From Heteronotia binoei (Eukaryota): DNA of 64,000 nucleotides. The stretch is from contig NC_083226.1 in the NCBI RefSeq assembly GCF_032191835.1, forward strand, positions 132,432,001-132,496,000. Direction: 5' to 3'. This document shows, in pieces, positions 1 to 13,643 of the stretch. Numbering within the stretch: position 1 is the first letter of the stretch; each line of letters begins with the position of its first letter. Below the pieces are notes generated by a model. That model saw only the letters and a program-made list of their open reading frames with translations, ran no database searches and was not told the DNA's origin. Made by a program: the position numbers and the translations under genes.

Positions 1-487
1 AGGGTGGTGGGGGCTTCCAGAGCCACACAACATGTGTGAAAGAACCACATGTGGCTCCTGAGCCACAGTTTAGCCACCAGTGGTATAAACATTCAAGAAT
101 CAGCACTCACTTTATCAGATACAAATAGAGTAGACTCAAATTTATCTTTCCAATAGGAGAATATATTCATTATTTTGCTTGCTTGCTTTTGGATTGCTTT
201 TGGGTTGAATTGAAATTTATGTTTCCAATAAGATAATATATTTATTGTTTTGCTTGCTTTTGGGTTAAATTGAATGATTCCCTTTATATTGGAAAAATTA
301 TTTGTGTAAAATTGCTGTATAAAAATGAAAGTTTAGGTAGCAGAATGCCTGCATCTAAATTTTATTCCTAAATGATTGCACAAATTATAACTACCCAATT
401 ATATTAGATAGTTTCTCTATAAATTAGCCAAGTTCCCTCATTGCCCACTTGATATGAAAAGGACATTTTACATTACGGTTTACCCAG

Positions 488-659
488 GGAATATCCAGCT
501 GTATCATCAGACCATCAAAGGCAATCATACAAGCGAGACTTTGATGTACAGCTGCAAGAATACAAGTGTTTGCAAGCTGAGCTTGATGAAATCAGTAAAG
601 AACTCTCTCGCCTTGATAAAGCATTGGATGACTACAGTGAAGACAGTGAGGAATATAAG
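488..659 (+). CDS. OCLN: Occludin, third-from-last coding exon (ELL/occludin coiled-coil domain)
   Basis: cag|G...AAG|gtaatt; translates [57 protein letters not shown], matching the occludin C-terminus. Upstream exons lie outside the window. Confidence 0.95.
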
Positions 660-2195
660 GTAATTCTATTGATTTAAACTTTATTCACTGTAAGTATGAG
701 GAATCTTGAATTCACGGAAAAGTGATACTTCTTGCTTACAGTTGCTTACCTTGGCTGTATGGTAATGTTAAATTCTGGTTTTAAGAAGCTGTGTTACTTT
801 ATCACCAGCATTTTAAACCAGACTTTTCCCCACAAAAAGGCCCCTTACATTCTATAAATGAACATAAAATGACTATTGGTTTTTCAGCTTTGTCCTACTG
901 ATTGATTAGTAAGTGAAAACTCGGGGGACACAAACCAATTACTTTAATTCCAGACCAATGTAAAGAAGGAAGGAGCACATGCTTTTCATACAAAAAAGTC
1001 CTGGGTTTAGTTTCCAATGACTCCACTTAAAAAATTCTGAACAGGAACTAGGAAGACCTCTGGCTTAGACATCCGCTGATACAACCCAAAATAAATGATG
1101 TTGGCTAGACAAAAGTTTGATTTGAAATAGGAAGACTGCTTGATATGCTGAGAGGGCTAGCTTCTAGGTAAATGTAAAATGAATTGGTATAGGAGGGAAG
1201 ATTATTATGCTTGATTTGATCCTTCTTGTATGTGTCTCTCCAGATGTTTAAAACAAGGACATAGGATCAGGATATACTTTTTGCTGTTGCCATTGAAAGT
1301 AATAACTAGATATACAGCATCTCAGTTGCATGAATTTGCGAAAACTTTTCTAATGATGAGTGTCTCTTACTCTGTGTAGTCATGAGCAGTTTTGTATTAA
1401 TGAGGAAAGGATGCTGTGCTTTGATATGAAAAACAAACCTACACTGCAGCCTTGAAAGCTAGTCGGAAATCCTTTGTGCTACCAAAGATTTAAACACCTG
1501 CAGTTATGAAGGAAATGACATTGTTAATGAAGGTATTTCCTCACCTAATATGGTGGTTGAGTGGGAGTTAACAATATGTGAAGTATTCATTGCTGTTTAT
1601 GACCTCTGTTGAGGAAGCTATAGGTGTCTTAACTCCAAAATATCAGAATTCTTTCCTACCATTTATGGTTGAGTCATCTGATCTTCTAAGAATGAGTTCT
1701 CCGAATTCTATGCTTACTAAATAGTAAGTAGGGAACTCTTTTGAGTTGTTCTTAGGCTACTTGTAGATGGATGTTCTGTCCCCGTCACCAGTCAGGCATG
1801 GAATCTGTTAGTTAGTTACTTCAGCATGACTCAAAGGCTTTATTTCTGTTTCACTATTGCTTGTCTTCCATCAAATCCCATTTTTCTTCCTCTGGTCTGC
1901 AGTGGTGCAGTAGCTGTCTTAAGATCACAAGCAAAGATACTTTTCAAGCCTGCTAACAAGAAATGCTTTTATACTTCAGGAGCCAGGAACTGAACCACCT
2001 GCAGGCATCTTCCACTCTGATAGTGTGTCTAATCCATATTCATGAGGGAACAGGATGGGGTGGCCTTCTTTTCCATGTACACTACTATTTTTTCCCTTCA
2101 AAAATATTTATAGATCCTTTATAATTTAGCTTCCTTATGTTAGGTTACAGCAAATGTGTGTGTTAGTCTAATTCAAGCCTTTTTTCCTCTGTCAG

Positions 2196-2237
2196 GTTGC
2201 TGCTGAAGAATACAACAGATTGAAGGATATCAAAGCA
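2196..2237 (+). CDS. OCLN: Occludin penultimate exon (42 nt)
   Basis: tcag|GTT...GCA|gtaagt; VAAEEYNRLKDIKA. Confidence 0.95.
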
Positions 2238-2574
2238 GTAAGTTTGCTTAATTGTTGCTTAAAATATTAATTTAAACAGAGATTTCTCCTTTGCCAGTAC
2301 TGTGCTAACCCAGAAGTGACATAACTGGATTACTTAATTTTTGCAGATCTCCAGTGTTGATTATGTTGCTTGACTGTTATACAATACTGTGCATGCGCTC
2401 TTAGAAGTAAATCTAGTTGTATTAAGTGGAGCTTATTCTCAGGAAAGTGTACATAGTAATACATCTTGTATATTTAAAAATAAAGTTCGTAATGTTTCTG
2501 TTTTTTAGAAATACCACAGTTACTTATCTCTCTATTACATTATAGTTCTGATTCAGGTGGGCAGCAGTAGAACA

Positions 2575-2681
2575 AATTTTGAGTCCAGTGGTACCTTTAA
2601 AACCAACAAAAGTTTATTCAAGGTATGAGCTTTTGTGATTAAACTTTTATTGGTCTTAAAGGTGCCATTGGACTTAAAATT
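2575..2681. mobile_element. Inverted pair of Penelope-like terminal-repeat fragments
   Basis: Arms aattttgagtccagtggtacctttaaaaccaacaaaagttta and its near reverse complement; family assignment from memory. Confidence 0.5.
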
Positions 2682-3505
2682 TATTATAGTTCTGACTTTG
2701 TGACTTTTAAAAGGCTATGACAGACTTTTCTTGTAGGGGTTGGATGCAAATGTAACAAGTAAAACTGATGAAATCTTCTGGAATTGGATATTCTGGAGAC
2801 CCAGCAACAGGCTGGAATATGTGTCTCCCCCAGTTATCCTTTAATATAGCAATTGAATTAAAATGGCATATATCTGAAATGTCATCTGTACATTACAAAT
2901 TCTGTAAAATGTTATAACAAAATCTAATAGTCTGACAGGTACATCCTCAATAATGACATACCACTAATGAGGCATATTTACTTTTCTCATCAGTGTCTCA
3001 TCCCACTGTCTTTTCAGCCACTACATTTTTCAAAGGCCCAGAGGAAGAAAAAAATGTTACATCTGAAGTTTTACTTTTTCTCCCAATTATATTTGAGATC
3101 CGGAAGATTGTTTTCATTGGTACATTTGGTGATAGGCAGGACAGCCATTGATCACCTCCTCTGTATAATGCATTGGCACATATTTGGTGATTTTACTACC
3201 ATTGCTTTAATTCACTTGATGAAATAGCAGTCCATGCTTCAACAGGTTCTGCACTGGTATATTTTGCCACAGCCGTTTCTACTACTTAAGAGGCAAATGG
3301 CTGTTAAAAATGCACTGAGGCTTTTTTCTTTGACAGTGGCATCTTTTATGGAAAGAGAAACTATGAGTCATTTGTACTTCTTTTGTCTAAATGCTAATAT
3401 GGATCCATTTGACTAATATAAGAGCCTTTCCATATCTAGCCTTCTCAGCCTTGAAGATGCTTTCTTCCCCCTCCATAGTAACCCCACATTGCATCTTTTT
3501 TCTAG

Positions 3506-3607
3506 TCAGCAGACTATAAGAACCGAAAGGAGCACTGCAAGAGGCTGAAGAGCAAGCTATCACACATCAAAAGGATGGTCACTGATTATGATAGTCGGAA
3601 GTCATAA
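3506..3607 (+). CDS. OCLN: Occludin last coding exon
   Basis: tctag|TCA...TAA; [33 protein letters not shown]. Confidence 0.95.
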   Translation, partial: SADYKNRKEHCKRLKSKLSHIKRMVTDYDSRKS

Positions 3608-5215
3608 CGGGGGCAGGGGGGCAGGTTTGCTTAAGTATGTACACTTTCATAAAGCTGGGATGCAGTTGTTTTGGATCACAAGTAATTGAAGAAAGACTTT
3701 GTTTCTTTTTTTTACTTTACAACTGCGCACATTTGTGCCATGTTAATATGAAGCCTGAACTTTGGCACTCCATATATTTGGGCCTTTTGTACTTGTCATT
3801 GATTCAAGGTTCACATGCTGTTGGCCATAACATAAAGGATTTTTAAAGAATTGTTTAAATTGTTTACCTTCCATTCCTGTGATGACTTGTGCTCCACTTT
3901 GCTTGGCATGTTGCTATGTGTGCCTTTTAAAAGCAGTTGAGAAATACCTGGGCATCATATTCCAATTCCTTTTACAAACCCTACTTGTATTTGTTGTGGT
4001 GTGGTATCTTTTCAAATACCATTTGCAATGTGGGTTTGGTGCTTTTACTGAAATGTTAATTTTACTGCTTTGCAGATTTTGAAAACAACATTTTTTGCTT
4101 GTGACTAGGACGTCTCTGAATGTCCAAGTAATAGAATATTTTTGAATAGCACAAACGTGTATCAAAATTCTGCCAACGTTGCTCATCTGGTATATTGCAG
4201 TAATTACAATGTGAAACTAAATGTAAATATATTTACTGTTTTTTTAATTTCTCAACTTGTATTTTTTAGAGTTTTACTATACAAACATTAATTTTGAGTA
4301 ATCACCTAAGTGTCTTTTATGAGGGTTGTTCTTGACATTCTTTATACAAATCGTCAAATATTATATGATTCACCAACTCTGTAATGAAACAAATTTGTCA
4401 TGGCCCAAGAAGGACAGAAACCAAAGCAGAGATGAATGACCTATAGAGTAACGGATGGCTCTCTTCTAAAGTGATGACAGACAGACAACCTTTATTGGCA
4501 TATCTCATGTATCAAAAGCCCAAGGAGTCAAGAAAAAAATGAAATGATCTGCAAAACTGGTGCTCAGGCTGTTTTAAGAGTGGCTAGGATTAACCTAACA
4601 TCTCTTCATCATCAGTGTTGTCTCTGCCTGTTCTGCTTGGCTGGGATTGTTTCCATTCACCAATGTGATACTGTAATCCTGTCTTGTGTCTCATACTGCT
4701 GGAGTGAGAGTAACATTTGGTTATGTGCAAACTTGGTTCTGGAGAAAGGGCCTTTTCTAGCAGGGAGCACAAATGGACTGTTCTGTACCTGATGGCAGAG
4801 ACTAGAATGCTGTGGTAACTTGTTGCATCATTGTAGGTATAAGGGATTCAGCTGGGTTAGTATTAGTGTATTAAACCTAAACTTTAAAAAGCTGAATTCA
4901 TTAAGCTTTGTATAATTTAATATAACTTTCCATAGTTGTTTTAACTGTGCTTCGTGAGGTATAACGATGATGATAAAATATTGGTGCTGTTAAATCTATA
5001 GTGATTGCAGTTTTCAGCCAAAGTTGTGAAGACAGGCATTTCTTGAGGTTTGGAGAGAGCCGCATTTGCAATCAATCTTTCTGTGATGTGTTGATGCAGC
5101 CTTAGGGATGCAAGCAGATCTCCTTCTGCTTTTTTCAGCTATGTCAGGGAATGTACATATGGCTGTAGGATTTCAGTATACTGCTTTAAAAAATGAAATC
5201 AGCTAATAGAGAATT

Positions 5216-5221
5216 AATAAA
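5216..5221 (+). terminator. Candidate OCLN poly(A) signal (ATTAAA also at 4870-4875)
   Basis: AATAAA about 1.6 kb after the stop codon; motif only. Confidence 0.35.
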
Positions 5222-6038
5222 TATAATTCATGAGAGTGGAACTTAGACATGCTAAGGTCTAACTTGAATGTTATAACTATGTACATTAAGACTGGTTTCC
5301 TTGACACTTTTTTTACATAAAAAATTACACTGAGCTAATGGAGTGTTTGGATTTATTTACGTTTATAACCGTACCTGCTCTAAAGGCTGGACTGGGTAGT
5401 ATACATACTAACTTACTCCATTAAGGACTTAATTCTGAGAGCTTGAACACTATTCCTGTACAGATGCTGTCCACCCATCTCTTTGCTTTACAATCCATGT
5501 GCCCCCCAAATGCTTGTTAAGCAGCAGTCCTTTATGCTAACAGGAGGTCCTGACAGTTTCACAGAGGCTTTCCAAGGTCAGGGAATAGGCAACACAGTGC
5601 ACCCAAACTCTTATGTCATGCATGGAAGTAGGAACAGGTTCATTGTTGCCCATTCACAAAAGCAAGTTAAAAGAACGCAGGAATTTGGGCTCTAGGTGAG
5701 TTTAAAACTATTTCTTAGTTAGCCTCAGGCCTCAGATTCAGTGGGAACTCACAGGAGCATAGCTCCTGAACCTTTCTGAGAGTTCCACCTCCTTGTCCAT
5801 TGAATAGTATGTGCAGCTGCATAGCAATCCCTGGATGAGCTCCACCACCTGTTTTTCTACAAAATGACCCCTGGTTATCTTAACTTCAGGTGCTGGTTAC
5901 CAAGGTACCACTTCTGAAATGTCAGCAGTCCCTTTTGATAAACTCCCTCTCACATTAGAGTAAGTGTTGGATGATTTTAAAAAGGGAGCATGGACAAATT
6001 TGTAGATAGCTGAACTGTTATTAGCCATACCAGTTAAA

Positions 6039-6312
6039 GAGAGCCAGTTTGGTGTAGTGGTTAAGTGCAAAGACTCTAATCTGGGAGAACTGGGTTTGAT
6101 TCTCCACTTTTCCACATGCAGCTGCTGGTGCGACATTGGGTCAGCCACAATTTCTCAGCAGAGCTGTTATCTCAAGAGCAGTTCACAGAGAGCTCTCTCA
6201 GCCCCCTACCTCACAGGATGTCTGTTGTGGGAAGAGGAAGGAAAAGGTGATTGTGAGATGCTCTGAGATTTCAAGTGAAAGGCTGGGTATAAATCCAATC
6301 TCTTCTTCTTCT
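6039..6312 (+). mobile_element. tRNA-derived SINE, Squam3-type
   Basis: A/B-box head (GGTGTAGTGG...GGTTTGATTC), body cccctacctcacagg, (TCT)n tail. Confidence 0.85.
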
Positions 6313-6607
6313 AAATGGAACATCCAAGTACAGAGTAAGTGTTCATTTACTCATGTCTTTGGATATGCTATCTAGAGGATCTGTTATGAAGGACCCTGGT
6401 AGGCCTGTGTTACTTCATTCATTTCTCCTAAGTGTTACTAGATATTTTTTAAGGAGACTATCATACTGGCCACATTTTCTATTTGGGCAGATAATGATGG
6501 AGACATTTCCCCCCATTAGGGAATGGGTGTGATGGGCAGAGCTGTAACAAGGGCAAGACAAGTGAGGCACTTGCCTCAGGCTCACAAAACTGAGGAGTGA
6601 AGAAGTG

Positions 6608-6712
6608 CAGGGCTTTTTTTTGAGCAGGAATGCAGTTCCGGCTGAGCTGGTGTCAGGGGGTGTGGCCTAATATGTAAATGAGTTCCTGCTGGGATTTTTC
6701 TACAAAGCCCTG
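6608..6712. mobile_element. hAT-type MITE
   Basis: CAGGGC...GCCCTG termini; perfect 8-bp TSD AAGAAGTG (6600-6607, 6713-6720). Confidence 0.85.
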
Positions 6713-8125
6713 AAGAAGTGTATCATGACTAAAATAAATATTGTGTTATTCTTATTTATGTATTTACCTTTTTACCAAAATAAAAGTATAAAAATATAGG
6801 ATGCTTAATTTTATATTCTTGCCTTGGGGGTAAAATTAGCTACTTATGATTCTGGAGATAAATTTGAGTTCTCCAATTTCCTCCTGAGAGCAATAGCTGT
6901 TCAAAACATGGGGAATATGTTTGTTTTCTCACACACATGCACACTGTATTTAACCAAAAGGAAGAGCAGCACCCTGAATGTAAGGCAGTCCCTCACAAAA
7001 ATTATACATGGCTTTATGAAGCACTAGTATGCTAATTTTTGTTGACAGCATTCTTGGCCAAAAAACACACTAGTCTTCAAGTAAACATGATTTAAAAAAT
7101 AAATAATCTTAAGGACTTTATGAATGTCCACAATAAAGACTTGATTGTACCACAGATACCTTCACCACTCTATCACTTCAAACATTAACAAAATTTTCTA
7201 CCACAGCACTGCAGCCACAATGAGATATGCAAATTTAGTTAAGGTTTGCTGATTTTTTATAGTGCAGGTTGTGGATTTTCTCTGGTCTACATAGAGTTTA
7301 ATAATCTGGAAAATAAGAAATGGCGCATAGCATGCAATTAGCAGGAAGAGTCTCTTCTTTGTTTAGAAGTTTTTCCAGCAGCAAACGAGAGGTGCAGAAT
7401 GGAGCATGGCATGCAGAGGTTGTATACATCTATGAGAATAAACAGGAATTCTCAGTGATGAATAAATCCCTGAAAATTTGGCACTTCTTTCTTGAACACC
7501 TTTTTTCATCCTTTGGTGGGGGGGAAAAAGTTTTTTCCCAAGATCGTTATGCCAGTTGGGAAGGTTCTGGCAATTTGCTGAAGCACTTTGTTGATCTTGT
7601 GTGTCTATCCTTACAAAAAGAGTGTTTTGTTTTGCAACTGCATTAAGGACAAATAAACATTTGGTTTGCCCTACATCTATGGGAGAAGTATTTTTATAAA
7701 CACAACAGCAATGCAAACATAGTCCTCACCCAGTTTCCGACTGAGTCAAGAGAAAACACTAATGGGTGTGAGCCATGGAGTGCAAAGATTCCATGAATGT
7801 TGATGAATAAGCATCATACACTTCCCCCCTCCCCAGGAGGAATATAGTGCTGGCAGAATTTTAATGATGGCATGGTATCCTGAACTATGCAAATAAACTT
7901 CAGATTGTAAAGCCCATCTTTAATTGCATTCTCTTGTAGCATGTCATAACTGCAAAAATAGTCACTGCATAGTTGCTGGGAAACGTGAAGGTACTAAAAT
8001 ATTTTGAGGTCATAACCATGACACATTTATCCAGTACAATTTTGTTTAAATGGTAATGACCAAATGCTCACAAGTTTATAATGTTTAGTTAGAATTACTT
8101 AATGGCTGATTTATTATCAAGATAA

Positions 8126-8378
8126 AAAGGTAAAGGTAGTCCCCTGTGCAAGCACCAGTCATTTTCGACTTTGGGGTGACGTTGCTTTCACAATGTTTTC
8201 ACGGCAGACTTTTTACAGAGTGGTTTGTCGTTGCCTTCCCCAGTCATCTACACTTTCCCCCAGCAAGCTGGGTACTCATTTTACCGACCTCGGAAGAATG
8301 GAAGGCTGAGTCAACCTGGAGCTGGCTACCTGAACCAGGTCGTGAGCAAGCTTAGGACTGCAGTACTGCAGCTTTATA
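8126..8378 (-). mobile_element. Sauria-type SINE (internally deleted)
   Basis: Reverse of the ...ggttgactcagccttccat...gcacaggggactacctttacc tail. Confidence 0.85.
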
Positions 8379-9679
8379 ACTGTACTTAATTTCTGTGTAT
8401 TTCCACATGCCTAGTGGAAATGAATGGAAGTGGTACAGCAGCAGAGTTTATTTTTATTATTTTTCTTTAATTGCTATTCCGCCCTCCCTGCAGAGTGGGC
8501 TCAATTTAGTAGACTGGGTCACTCAATATGAGAATTTTCTAACCACTTTCTTACAGGGGTCCCTAGTCTTTTTGAGGCTGCAGGGACCTCTGAAGTTTTG
8601 AGAGGGGCTGGCAAGTGCTACCAAAAAATGGCTACCACAGGAGCCAGACCCAAATGCAACATTTCCCTCCTTGATTTGCAAAAGAACTGTGGAAGGGGGA
8701 TAAAAAGAAATTTAAAAACAGGCAGAAATAAGGGGGAATAAAAACAGAGGAAAGAAAGCTCAAGGGAAGAGGGAGAGACCAGGGAGTAAAAACAACATGA
8801 AGAAAATCCTCCATTAGCTACTATGGCTATTGCAACTGTGGAAAATCCTTTCCAAATGAGAACAGTCAAGAACAAGTCCTGCCTTACACTGGCCCTACAC
8901 ACTTCATGAAAAGATTGGTGGCTACCATGTTGGGGAACCCTGGAATAGTATATATGACTTCATTAAGATAAAGTAACTTGAAGGTTAGTTTCACAATTGC
9001 ATCTTACACTGAAGCATCATAGCATTTTTTTATTGACTCATCCTAAATACAATCTAACATTCCTGAAGAATTTAAAAATCATGTACAGAAAAGATTTGCA
9101 TTAACTGTACTGCCTTAGTACAAATATAGCTAGCAGTTTGAACTGAAGTAGGAATATATTCTGAACTTTTAAGGGAGATGCATAATGATAACTATAGTTC
9201 AGTTCAGTTAGGACAGGTGCTCACAGATGGCCTTTTCTCTCAGCTTAACAAGCAGGAAAAGCCTCTTTCATTTCTTTGTTTATAAGTTTTTCCAGCAACA
9301 AGCAAGACGTGTAGAATAAATCTCTTTCTTCCATTAATCTGATATGAATGGATTCATCATAAGCATGAGCTCCTTCATTCACCAATGGCCCTAACGTGAA
9401 TTACTGAATCTTGGATGCATAAAATGATGTGAAACTATTAGATTGACGTATTATCTACTTACTCTTATAAGTTTTTCTGCCATCTTCTGGACATGGAACA
9501 GGTGTCACTGGGGATATGTGGGGGGGGGGGGAGGTATTTCTGAGTTTTCTGCATTGTTCAGGAGGTTGGACTAATTACCCTGGAGGTCCCTACCAACTCT
9601 ACAATTCTAGGTTTGAGCTCTAGAAGTCTTTGGAACAGAACATAGCTAACACATCAGTCTAATAGTTTCACATCATTTC

Positions 9680-11165
9680 ATTGGTGAACCAGAAGAACTA
9701 TGGGTTGACACCAGAGATAAAATCAAGAAAGAATGTGTAAAGACTATTCCTGTAGCCAAAACAAAAAAAACAACTTGAGGGATGACTTGGTGATACTCTT
9801 AAAATTGCTAAAGGTAGACAAGGAGCAAAAATTAATCAGAAATCTAAATGCAGTGTTCCAGTGACTAGCACGAAGAAGATGATGATATTGGATTTATATC
9901 CCGCCCTCCACTCCGAAGAGTCTCCTTTACCTTCCTCCCCCACAACAGACACCCTGTGAGGTGGGTGGGGCTGGAGAGGGCTCTCACAGCAGCTGCCCTT
10001 TCAAGGACAACTTCTGCCAGAGCTATGGCTGACCCAAGGCCATGCTAGCAGGTGCAAGTGGAGGAGTGGGGAATCAAACCCGATTCTTCCAGATAAGAGT
10101 CCGCACGCTTAACCACTACACAAAACTGGCTCTGAGACAAAGAGAACTATTGTAACGAACAGTGTAAAGAAACATAAAAGAACAAAAAAGGAAGAACAAG
10201 AGATCAGTTCCACAGGAGCCAAGAAATCAAAGGAAAATTTAAAGCACCATTAGGCATGTAGAAAGATCAACACAGAAATATATTAACCGAACCAGATGAT
10301 GAGAACACGGGAGAACAATACAAAAGTGATGAAAAGATGATATATTCCTTCCAAGAAGAATCTTTTGAAGAAGGACCTACAGTTTTAGAAAGCGAAGTGA
10401 AAACTGCACTGAGAGCAATCGTGAGAAATCACTAGGAGTAGATGATGATAGAGCTATTCCAAGCCACAGAGTCTATCAAACTGTTAACAAGAATATGCCA
10501 ACAAATATGGAAAACAAAACAATGACTTACAGACTGGAAATGCTCAATTTACATTCCAGTTCCAAAAAAGGAGATGTCAAAGACTGCAGCAACTGTCAGA
10601 CTGTTGAATTAATTTCTCACAAGGGTGATACTCAACTCTTACAACAAAGACTACTACCATATAAGGAACAAGAAATGCTAAATGTTCAGCCTGGATTCAG
10701 AAAGGGAAGAGGCACTAGAGATCATATTGCAAATTTATGTTGGTTGCTAGAAAATACAAGAGAAATTTCAGGACGAAAATCAGCTTGTGTTTCATAGATT
10801 ACAGCACTGCTTTTGACTCTGTGGTAATGAAAAGCTACAGTTGGTATTTAAAAGAAATGGGTGTGCTATAGCATCTGATTGTTTTGATGAGCAATCTGTA
10901 CTCTGGACAAAAGGCCATTGTTAGGACAGAATATGGAGAAACACAATGGTTTCCAGTTAGCCAAGGTGTCAGACAAGGATGTACTTTCGTTTTGTCTTCA
11001 GTTTATATGCTGAACATATAAGGAAAGCTGGATTAAATTTAGATAAAGACAAAGCAAAAATTGGTGGAACATTAACAATTTGTTAACAATAGGACATTTT
11101 GGAGGATATTAATTCATAGGATCACCAAAAGTCAGAAGCAACTTGACGGCACTTAACATACACAC
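9680..11165 (+). mobile_element. Decayed RTE/Bov-B-like LINE (RT region plus 3' end)
   Basis: Fragments KKGDVKDCSN, VQPGFRKGRGTRDHIAN, FIDYSTAFD; multiple frameshifts; Bov-B-like 3' end. Confidence 0.85.
9872..10133 (-). mobile_element. Squam3-type SINE nested in the RTE LINE
   Basis: Reverse-complement homologue of 6039-6312. Confidence 0.85.
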
Positions 11166-11409
11166 CGCAACATTTTAATATTATAGTATTGAATAAGGTA
11201 ACATTTCTTCTTTGTGAATCAAAGATACAACACAATGCTTTCAGTGTATATGCCATGGCATCTAGAATCTAAAACCTTAGCTAAGAGAAGGCCTCTAATA
11301 TTTCCTATATTGACTTGACATATACATTGACTACAAATTATTTAGCACCACATGGCAATTTACTTATCATGGTGTGCATTTAACCATTTAGTAAACAGTT
11401 CATCTTTAA

Positions 11410-11586
11410 TGTGGTGGTGGAAAGTGCCATCAAATATAGCCAAATTATGGTGACCCCAGAGAGTCTTCAAGGCAAGATACATTCAGAGGTGATTTGCCAT
11501 TGCATGTTTCTGTGTAATAGCCCTGGGCTTCCTTGGTGGTTTCCCAACTAAGTGCTAACCAGGGTCAATCTTGCTTAGCTTTCAAG
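11410..11586 (-). mobile_element. 5S rRNA-derived SINE
   Basis: 11535-11586 is a degenerate reverse complement of the 5S internal segment (GAAGCTAAGCAGGGTC...GGTTAGTACTTGGATGGGAGACC), followed by a Sauria-like body. Confidence 0.7.
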
Positions 11587-12519
11587 TTTAGTTATTATAC
11601 AGAGGGGTAAAGAGGAAATTACTATATTTCGACAATTACACAGAAATCCCGATGACACTGCAACATTTGGAAGGACATGAAATGGCTGTCTTAACATAAA
11701 TATTCCAGAACTAATTAATAGGTTGTATCCACAGGAATATTTGGTAGGATCCACATGTTGGTGGAAATCCAGTGGATGAATAATCACAATAGTACAATAT
11801 CCATCAATGTGTGGATCCACTTCATGCAAGTGAGACATGTACCTGCATTTTGCTTTTCTCCCTCTCCCAGCTGTAATATTCCATGGAACATATACCGGTA
11901 ATTATACCAGCGATATCTGACCATTGGTACCTGCTTTAGTATCCAGTGGGAAAGGAGAAGACAGGGAAGTTTGTTGCATGAATGAAAGTTTACTTATGTT
12001 TTTCAATTCTGTCAAAGTTCTTAAATATGGATCTTTACAACTCCTTTATTTTGTATTTTGCCACATTATTCCCTTCTGCATATTCTCTCTTCCACACAAA
12101 ATTATGTCACTACAATAAACCCAAAAAGCGCAAGTGAAACTGGACATTTAAGCTGTAACTGTCGAGTCAATAGCCCTTTACATAGCAATATATTTTCCCT
12201 GGATACAACATTCTACAAGCAGCAACACCCGCCCCCCCCTCTCATATTTAGTTTGCCCTAAAGGTAGCAAAATCCTTCCTGTATTTAGTTACTATATTTT
12301 GCTTGCATGAGTTTAGTAACTTGCATTAACAGCATGCAGTAAATAATAATCTCTCTTACAGGTGACAGCAGCTTTCCTGCATGGAATTCCCTATTTCCAT
12401 TTGCTTTACTGCTGCTGTTAAATTCACTGCCTCAGTTTCTTCACACGAGGTAATTCCTAGATGGGGAAAGAATATAAAATATATGCTGTTAAATATATAA
12501 TAACATACTGATAAAATAA

Positions 12520-13320
12520 ATAATTCAGAAATACTAAAACAATTATTCCTGACAAAAAGGATAAAGTGAACTAATTTGTAAATGAAACAAGGAGTGGGGA
12601 AGAGATGAGATAGTTTATTAGAGACACTAACAAGCAGCATCGGCTTTGCCAAAGGGGGCGGGGAGAAACCTCCCAGCCTCTCCTTATAGTTCCGATGACC
12701 TTCAGCTGAGCTCAGCGTCTCATGCCAGTTAAGGTCTAAAAAAGCAGCAGCCCTGCAAAACAAGATAGAAATAATAACTGCTACCCTACAACTCCCTATG
12801 ACGTTTCGCCTGGTTAAAATCTTTAATCCCCCCCCCCCGCGGAAGAGGGAGGACGAATCTGTAAGCAAAATATAAAAGCGTTGGATGAGCTAAAGTAAAA
12901 CAAAAACAGAACTACTTCCTTGCGGCAGAGTACAGCCCACACAAGCCCCCCCCCCGGAACCGGAAACAAGTTTAGTTGAACACCTCAGAAGTCACTGAGG
13001 TGACTTCCCTTCAGTAAGACTTCTACATTTCTCGGAAGAATAAATGGTTAAGATCAGGGCTCCCCCCCCCCCCGGGGGGATGCGGTGGAACGGAGCACCG
13101 GAACGTCTTTATGGAAACAAAATTCTCCAAAAAAAAGTTCATGAGGGAGGGGGTGCATGTGTTTCTCCTTCATTCCCCTTTGGAGAGTTCCAGCACCTTT
13201 TTCCCCAGAAAAAAGGCCAGGTTAAAATAGTTGATATAATTGTTATGGGCTAGTTTTCTACTTATGAAGTATTTTTTTAAATGGAGGGGAACATATACCT
13301 TAAACATAAACCTTAAACCT
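12520..13320 (-). mobile_element. Possible L1/Tx1-type 5' region fragment
   Basis: Poly-C runs, CpG excess and GAAGTCAC-TGAG-GTGACTTC dyad, resembling lizard LINE 5' ends; weak. Confidence 0.3.
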
Positions 13321-13643
13321 TATACGCACAAACATGATTCCCGTCTGCAGTGGTACAGTTCTGTTTATCGCCTTATTCCCTTATGTATAATCCAAAACTA
13401 ATTAACTCAGTAGACTAGAGACCTCAATTTTCTCTATGTAGACTAGAGAGACCTCAATTTGTAAGTACCTCTCAGGTACTTACAAATGCAGTATTTGAAA
13501 TACCCTTCTTATACATTCACTCCTCAAAAGTTTTTTCTGATCTGTACAGCTATACTATTTGAATTCATGATGTTCCAAAACCAAACTTAAAACACATACA
13601 TGATTTTTACTTTCCTCCCTCCTTGCACTGTTTTACATTTAGT

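Noticed and set aside
147-275. Imperfect tandem duplication of about 70 bp in an OCLN intron
   Set aside because: Ordinary slippage-type duplication with no functional cue.
7340-9318. Similar segments of about 65 bp at 7340-7400 and 9251-9318
   Set aside because: Short and diverged; most likely fragments of an old dispersed repeat.
11535-11586. 5S rRNA gene
   Set aside because: Only a degenerate internal segment fused to a SINE body.
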